From a virus, in the IMG/VR virus record IMGVR_UViG_3300025732_000024, positions 1-64,000 of that record: DNA of 64,000 nucleotides; one strand, 5' to 3'. Under the pieces are notes generated by a model. That model did no database searches. It was not told the origin of the DNA and saw only the letters and a list, made by a program, of their open reading frames with translations. Shown here one piece after another: positions 17,501-26,500 of the stretch; within the stretch, counting starts at the first letter, position 1; each line of letters opens with the position of its first letter. The translations under genes and the position numbers were made by a program.

Positions 17501-20500
17501 CACCGCCGAATATTTGTGTTCTGGGATTGCCAGAATTGACGATAAAACTATCAATAAGTTTACCTCGTTTGATGACAGCTAGCTGTAGTTTTTCAAGTCC
17601 GTATTCATCTTTTTCTCCCAATCTTTGAATTCTCACCAGAGACTCACCTTTGTTGGCATTTTGCACGGTTGCACCTGATTTTACCTTAGAGGTTGCTGGT
17701 GGTTGATTAGCGATCGCGCCGTAATTACCTCTTGCGAGATTGCTCAAAAATACTTGTGGGTTAATGTAGCGACCATTTGCCTTAACTCCAAAGTCCAAAT
17801 GGTCTCCCAGTACGTTTCCTAGCTTTTGTCCGGCTTGAACTTGTACTGATTTTTCTAGCGCACCACCTAATGCTTTTTTGATACTTTCAACAGACAAATG
17901 TCCATACTCTATGGTGATTTTCGTTCCTGATGGTAATACGCTGTTAACAAACACAGCACCATCATTGCCTTCCCATAGCTTTCCTGTGGCTACACCGGGC
18001 AGACTAGCAAGGATTTCCGCACCTGCACCAGCTTTAGCCCGACTATCAAAATCAACTTTACTGTGAATCCTACCTTTAGGGCGACTCCCCATGACGCTTT
18101 GCCCAAAGGTAGGTTTGTAGTTAATCAGGTCTTGAATAGTTGTATTTTTAACTGGTGATGCGAAATTAGTGGCTGGCGATGGTGCTGATGGAATTGTTGG
18201 TGCAGTGCCTGGTGTTGCATTGTCCATTTGCCCTAATATATCTAACGCTCCAGCAGCCCAATTAGGTGCATTCTGTGGAGACAAATCATTTGTTCCTACC
18301 TTTAGGCTATCCAAGGTAGAGGTTAATTTATCCAAAGTTGTGTCTAATTTAGTTCCTACCTCAGCAACGGTAGTACCCAGTCCTTGGAAAGCATCATTGA
18401 GTTGGTTGGTGGCTAATACGGCATCTTGCCCCAAGGATGTAACGACTTGCTGCACATCAGTGTTTATGCCTATAACGCTACCTTGGACTATCTTCAACTG
18501 CTCATCAAAATCTTTAATTTTATTCTCGTCAAAGGGAACTATCTTGCCGGGCAAGCTGCGTTGCAATTCACTGGCACGCAGTTTGATGTCATCTACATTA
18601 TTTTGATAATCATATTGTTGTTTCTTCTCATCCAATCGCTTTTTCTCCATATCAGTAGTTTGAGAAATGATATTAATAATTCCCTCAATAAACTGAGTGT
18701 AAATATTGTCGCCTGCACCTATCAATGCGGCTCTTAATTTGTTTTGCAGTTGAGAACCTTCTAGTGTTTTTTTAGCTTTCTCAAACTCAATACTTGCGCC
18801 TTGCGCTTCCCTGACCGAGGTTCTGTAATATTCAGCAACTTGCTTAGTTTGGTCAATCAAAGCTTGCTTCATATCACGTCGGGCTTTGGCAGTCTCTAGG
18901 GCATTTTGAGTTAATGATTCACGGTCTTTCATTATGTCTTCAGTCAACTTATCGTATTCTGATTGCGCTTCAGCTAAGTTAGTGCCACCCACTGCAATTA
19001 CCTGGGCTATCTTATCAAGAGCAGCCTGATTAGTTTTAAGTTTTTCCTCTAATAAAGTTCGGGAATCATTTAATCCTGCAAGTTGAATGTTTGCTAATTC
19101 AGGTGCTATTTGTTGTGATGTTCCCGCACTTGAATAGACTTTAGATTGACTTAAATTAGACTTGGATCTATTGGCGGAAGAGGCTCTTTCAAACTTAATG
19201 TTTGCATCTTTAACAGCGTTTGTCGCTTGAGTGTAGAGCATTTCTTCTACTGGTTTTACGTCAAATGGCTTGACTCCTGCTATTTGTTTTTTAAGTTCCT
19301 CAATTTGTCTCTGAGTCTCTTGAACAGCAGGAGTAATTAATGCCCCTTGAATACCTTCAACTTCTCCTAAAGTTAATTGTTCTTTATATTTTTCCAGGTT
19401 TTTAAGTTGTTTTTCAAGTATAGGCAATGGTGAGCCAAAACTATCAACTAATTCTTGCCGTCTTTTGTAGAGTTGTTGAATTAATTGCTTGACTTCGCCT
19501 TGTTCTTTGCGAACTTTATCGCTAGGTAATGCTTTGCTTAATTCCACTCCTTTTTTAGTGGCATTAATTAGCTGCTTGTCAACGTTTTTTATCTCTTGAA
19601 AATTGAATGCCCGTTGCACAGAAGCTTTGATTAGTTTTTGCTGATTCTTTTTCTGAGCCTCTAAAACTTTTAGCTCATCTTCAAGTTTAATTGTACCTGC
19701 GTCAGAACCGTCACCCATGCTTAATGCAAAAGCATCAGTGGAAGATGCAGCCATGAGATTTCTAGATGCAGAAACAGCCGCCCTTCTCTTATTAACCTCT
19801 GCCTGTTTCTTTTTAATTTTCTCATCAAGTTCTTTATCTATTCGCTGATTTCCTGGAGTATTACCTATTTGAAATTCAGCAGCAGCTAAAGCTACGGCAT
19901 TTCTCATCTGTTTAGATTTGTTTTCTAGCTCTTTAAACCCAGGTGAGTTTTGTAAATCTTTAATTTCTTGGGGACTAGCACCACTGTTTTTCTTGTCTGC
20001 TATGGCCGCTAGTCTTCTTTTGTTATTGTCTTTAATTTCCTGATTAAGCTTAGATATCGCTGGGGTATTATTAAACGTATTTTGCTGTTCCCCTGTCAAT
20101 GGTTTTATATCAGCCATAAAGTCGCCAGGCTTACCCGTAAAACCTTGACTAGCACCAAATTCTTTTAAGTTCTGAATATTCTTCTTCTGGTCTTCAAAAT
20201 ATTTTAGGATTTGTTGCTGGGCATTGGTTAAACGCGCGTTTTCCCCAAGGTCAAAATAACCTTCTAATTTATTATCTGCGATTAGTTGCTTTTGCTTCCC
20301 TGTCAGTTTAGGAGCAAACAAATCAAGAGCTTTTGTAGCGAGAACTATGGCAGCAATAAAACCACCTATTGAAACGACAATAAGTCCAAGCGGACTCATT
20401 ATAGCGGTAATCAATGGAGTTACCGCCATAGCAAGTCTACCAAAAATAGAAACGGGGGCAGTCGGACCTGCTATAAGAGCCTTGTTTGCGGCTATGGTTG

Positions 20501-23500
20501 CAGCCGTGGATACAGCAGAATTTAGAATTGAACTTAGAACTGATATCCCAGAAGCAAAAGCCGCACCCGCACCAGCAGCCCCCAAAGCACCAACTCCCAC
20601 CGCATCCATGAGAGAGCCGCTTGCAGAATCGCGTTTATTCCTCTCTTTAATTGCATCATCCCACTTAAAGTCGCCACCGCCCCAAAAGCTTCTGATATCC
20701 AGTTGTATGCCTTTAGAGGGTAATGTATCCGCTAACGTACCACCTAGCTTAGTGACACTATTTGTAGCTTTATCAAAGGAATCGGCAGTTTTTTGAACAT
20801 TAGCCCGTATTTCAGTTAGTCCATTGTTTAATTCCTTGGTAGTTTTTGACAACGAATCACCCATGGGATTACTGAAGTCACCTTTAGAGAACATCAAAAT
20901 ACCAAAAGCTACAGCCACATGAGTTAATGCTGTTCGCAAAAATCCCATGGTTGCAGAAAATATTTTTATTCTCGCTTCACTAGCAGCCATAGCAGAACTC
21001 ATAGAGGTCATCATTAGTTCAGCAGCGATTTTCATTGAAGTCATGACGCCCACAAAAGCTTTAGCTGCGCCGCCAAACATTCCTGTGACTGCACCTATGA
21101 ACCCTTTAAATGCAGGAGCCAAGGCCATGACCATTAGTGCTGTACCCTGCTCAAACATGAAGACCATCGCCAGTAATTCTACAAAACCGGGAGGAATAAT
21201 CTTAAAGAATCCAGAAAATACACCTTTAAGCCAATCAATAATATTACCAGCCTGTTCTGCACCTTGAACCAAACCACCAAACACTGACGAGAAACTAAAG
21301 TTACCATCACTCATCGAGCGCATCACTGAGTCAACCGTACTAAATGTGGCTACAATTGCATTCGTGACACCATCCATCATGTTTGCGATTAGGTCTTTTT
21401 CTGCACCCAGCCAATTATCAGCCACGTCCGCAGTTACACCGATAATCATCGGCATCATATTGGTGGCAACGGCTGTAAAGGTTGCCATTAGAAGGTTCTG
21501 CAACGAACCAAACAACACAACCAAGGGTTTTACCTTAGTCATAATCGTAGTTAGTCCAATGGCTATGGTTGCCGCAAAACCAATGGCAAATGCTTGTCCT
21601 AAAGGTATCAACGCGCCAAGTGTATTACTGAACAACGCCAAACCGTCCGCAAACGTGCCAACAAACCAGCCTAAAGTGCTACCAAGTTTGTCAGTAAATA
21701 TTGTTGTAATTTCAAAACCAACATTACCCAATTTATTCAGAGCTACAACCAAGCCTCCAGCTTGATTAGCAGCAGATGCACCATAATCTTGATTCAGGAC
21801 TTTAGCTACATTAGGCAAGACATCTTGAGATAAAACGCTACCAGATGCTACTAATGCATTCATTTCAGGAACAGACACGCCCATAGACTTAGCAAATACA
21901 CCCATGGCAGGCGGGAATTTCTCACCTAATTGCTGCCTTAGTTCTTCCATTGACAGCTTACCTTTTGCCAAGATTTGTGTATATGCCATGAATACCAAAC
22001 TAGCATCTTGCCCACTAATGCCTAATGCACTTAAAGATGCCGTAATACCCTCAAACAAATCCTTGACACCCTGTCCTTCCATCTTGCTACCTCTAGCCGC
22101 AATAGCTAATTGAGAGTAGGAGTTGGCAGCAACTTCAGAAGGGACATTCATTTTGGTGGCTACGTCTTTAGCATACTTAAATTCCGCTTCACCACCAGCC
22201 TTTGAACCACCCAAGAAAGTAAAGCGCCGCTGTAAAACTTCTACTCGCTGGATACCATCTAGCATCTTGGATATGTGAGGCATCACCATACTCACAGCCG
22301 CACCTATACCACCAATAATCGGAGCTAAGGGTAAGAATAGGGGCGATAGAGAAGCAAACAAAGTTGTCACGGGGGCTAAAGTTGTGGCAATAGAACCCAT
22401 GAATTGCAGCATATTGGGGAACATCTCATCGGCTTCTTTGGGATTGCTAAATAGAGCTTTTTTCACTCCTGCTCCCATCTGATTGTACATTTCCTTGAAC
22501 TGATCCTGGGTAGCAATTGTACCGCGAGTCATTCTTCTGAAAATCAAGCCGACAGCATCGCCAAAGTTAGCTTGTCCTATTGCTTTCTTAGCGTTGTATT
22601 CTAAATCATCCTTGGCATTGGCAAGATTACGGACAGAATCTTTAAATCCTTGCGCTAACGCCTTGCCCATATCAAAGCCTTTTTCCTTAAACTTAGCTTG
22701 TAATCCGGTTAGGGTAGCCATTAGTCCGGCTGTGGCTGTGTTTAAAAGTTTAGGGTCTATATTCTGGAGTTGCTCCGACGACATCCCAGCTTTTCTCAAG
22801 CCTTGCATCAACAAGCCTTTCAGTGCTTCCTGATCATTGGTTGCATAAGCTTGTGTAAGTCTGCCAACAACTCCGGTAGTATTAGGATTAGCAGCTAAAT
22901 CACGGCGTGTTTCCTCTAGTTTTCCCGACTGCTTCATAGAGGTGTAATCCGAGAAAGTTACACCGCGCTCTTTTAATACCTTGGCTGTCAGGTAATCTAG
23001 TCGCCTTTGCGCCCTGGGAACACCAAGCTTAAACCTGGAGCGTTCAATATCACCCATTGCAAACATGAGGTTTCGTTCATTTTCAGAGATTGCAAGGGGT
23101 TTACCGATAATATCTTGCCGTGCCTTCTCCAGTTCCTCTCTTGACATGGCTTCACGAGTAGTAGTATCAACGCCACGTCTTCTTAATGCGGCTTTAGTTA
23201 ATGCATCTAATCTCTCTGGTGATATTGTTCCAGACTTCATAGCACGCTCTAAGGCTTTTTCTGTCTTACTTCTTTGTACACCAATAGAACTAATAGCATC
23301 TGCTATTTTCCCTGATTGCTTGTTGATACTACGTCCTGTCATTCCTTGAATTACAGAAGTAGGAATCATGGGGATATTGAGATTTTCTAAAACACTATCT
23401 ACCGCAGTGTTACCTAAATTTTCAATCAATTCTCTACTAGCTTGACCGCCTTTTGCATTGGACAATCCCGCTTTTTTCCTATTAGCTAAAGTCTGTTCTT

Positions 23501-26500
23501 GCAGGACTCTTTCAACAGTAGGTGCTTGATTCTTGGGGTTAGATCGTGTAGATGGGTCTAGTCCTAAAAGTCCACTAAAGGTATTCATGAATGGACCGAA
23601 TAACCCCATGGCAAGAGAAAGGGGACCACCAATACCCGCAGTACCTATAACATTAGGCACAGGATTCATTATTTTAGAAATTGCGTCCAATATTCCGTGA
23701 GATTTTCCACCAGATAGAGAGGTTAGGTTAATCCTAGTAACAGAACTTAATAGCTTTGTTAAAAACCCACCTGGCTTTAAAACATCATTATTGAGTAGAT
23801 TCTTAATAATAGAATTACCTAATCCTAACGTTAATCCCCCAATTATGGGCATCAATGGCTTCAGCATGGGGATTAGCTGCATTGTTTTAGGAATAAACTT
23901 CATAAACCAAGGCAATGCAGATCGAGCTTGAGATAGCAATCCTTTGTAAAGCGGTTGTTTTAACGTATCAGCAAGGGAGAATAGGGCGGCGTTTACAGCA
24001 TTACGCATTACCTGACCTAGTGAAGCATAGCCAGACAATGTACTTTGCCGAATACTATCACCAACTGCGGTAAATAAATTGGTGACTAAGTCCTTACCTA
24101 GTTGTAAGTATTGATTCGTTGCGTTTTGTGGCGTACGAACTCTTATTGGTAAAAATCCGTCTGCGGGTGGTGGTGGTGTTGGGGCAAAGGGAGAAGGAGT
24201 GACAGCGGGAGGTTTGGCTGGTGATGCAGGTATGGGGAAGAATCCAAGTCCAGTAGGTAAACTAGGTTTGATTGTAGTAGATTTAAAGGGTTTAGGAACA
24301 AGAGATGCGGGGACTGTTGGTGGTAAAACAACGGGAAGTCTCGCACCTACTTGTCGAGTGAGCGATCGCACTACAGGAGAGCGCGGCGCGTTCATAAGGT
24401 CATCCAGGACAGTTGCAAAACCAGTCAAACTTGCAGTCATGTTCCTGTTGAGCAGAGCATTTAGGTTGACCAGCAAGTCTTTATTTTTATTAATCAACGC
24501 TTGTGCGTTGACTTCTTGTTGTGTAATAGTTGCCCTTGTCGCAATGCTAGGTCTGGATGGTAATATCAGTTGCGCGTCTGGATTTGGGGTAGCACTGTTT
24601 GGCAACACTAACCGTGCATCTGGATTTGAATTAACACTAGACGACAATACTAACCGTGCATTTGGGTTAGGCGCGAAACTGCGGGGCGTAATTATTGGGC
24701 TAACAGGCTGTGGTACAGCATTTTCCGTAACAGGTGAAGATTTTACATCCCTTTTTGCTTGCTGTAAAATTCCTGGTATTTCTGCCCTAGAAGCTCCAGT
24801 AATTCTAGCCATAACTTTACCAAATGTCGTGCTACTTGCTAAAATTTCCATTGCCTCAAAGGCGTTTAAGTCATTATATTTACCTCCTCTAAACCCTTTG
24901 GCAATCCTTTGATTTTGAGATTCTACTGTAGTGGCGAAATGTTCAGCTTTAGCTTTTTCTGATTCCGTCGCTGTAGCACTTTCATTGACAGTTTTAAGTA
25001 TTAACTCAGCAATTCTTTTATTGGCCAAAACCAAAGCTGCAACCGCACCATTTTCAAAGCCTTCGCCAAAATCCAATCCGATAGACTCCATTACCTTTGA
25101 TGGTGATGCAATCCCAAATACTTTTTTGACTGCGCCTAAAACACCCTTAGCAAAACCAATTACTATCCCCAATACACCGCCGTTAGCAGATAAAAAGCCT
25201 TGCCCAAAAGAAGAGATTAAATTAATACCTACCTCTTTAAGCCCACCACCCTTACTAAATGCAGACTTAGCATTGTTGAATAGATTCCCTAAGAGGTTAT
25301 TATTTCCCGTTGGCTGCTGGGATTCTTGCCCGTTGCCTAAAACGTATTCTTGGATTTTGGGATGATTTAAGAATTGCCCAAAATTACCTTTAGATGCAAT
25401 ATAAGGATTTGCTGCCAAATCTGTTAAATCGTCCAAACCCTTTCTGTCTAAGCGGTGTGTCTGAATATATGGATTGCCACCGATTAATTCAGAATGAACT
25501 GAATGCCCTAATTGAAAATCATTGCCAGACTGTGTATTAAGAAAAGAAAAAAGCTCACGCCCTGTTTTTTTGTTGTATTTAGTAAATGCCTTGGTGTTAC
25601 CAAATAAATTCTCTTCAATGCCTAATAAGCCTCGTAGCCATTTCTTTGACTCCAAAAATTTATATATCTTACTGCCTAAATTTTTAGGTAACTTAAACGG
25701 TGTATTTTTATCCGTATCGGTGTCTTGATGCCAGTCGTAGACATCGTTAATTTGCAAACCTCCGTCTTTGGTTTGTGTGTAATTGAATCCCCCTAGTGTA
25801 TGAGCCAGCGTGGGCAATGTCTTGTGTTTAACCATGCCCACCACGCCACCGTCAGGAAAATAACCATCACCTTTTTCGGCTGATTGCATCATATTGAAAA
25901 TAGTTGCAATTTCAGCCTCTCTAGCCAATTGTGGATTCAGCTTATGAACCTGGGTTGTACCTTGATAAAATGCCCCTAAATGCCTCAAGGGTGTTCGGAT
26001 TGATTTTGGAACTAAATTAGTGTCTGCAACACCCATCATCGCAGTCCCTAGAATCATTCCTGGGATTGTCGCTTTACTTGCTTTCTTAGCATTATCAAAA
26101 ACTTTTTTTGTAGTTTCTGAATTACTAGATACGGCATTTTTAATTGCCTGATCGTAAGATTCTATTCCTTCTGATGGTATTGATTTGATATTTTTTAAAC
26201 CATTGCCAACAACATCAGTCAGTAAGTCACTAGCACCGGAAACATCAACTACACCTTTTTTGATTCCAATAGCCAATCCCGATGCAATCATCAACCCTAA
26301 CGCAATCATTACTTTAGATGGTGATTGAATTTCCATCTTGGCTTTAACAGTCTTGATCAAGTCATCCAGCATAGCGCGGGCAGCATCGGATACACCACCA
26401 GCAGCGTGTTGAATACCTTTCTTTAGTCCTGCATCTACTTCTATACCCAGACTTTCCGCTTGGGCGACATAGCCTTTTAATTGCTGGTCAAACAGTTTTT

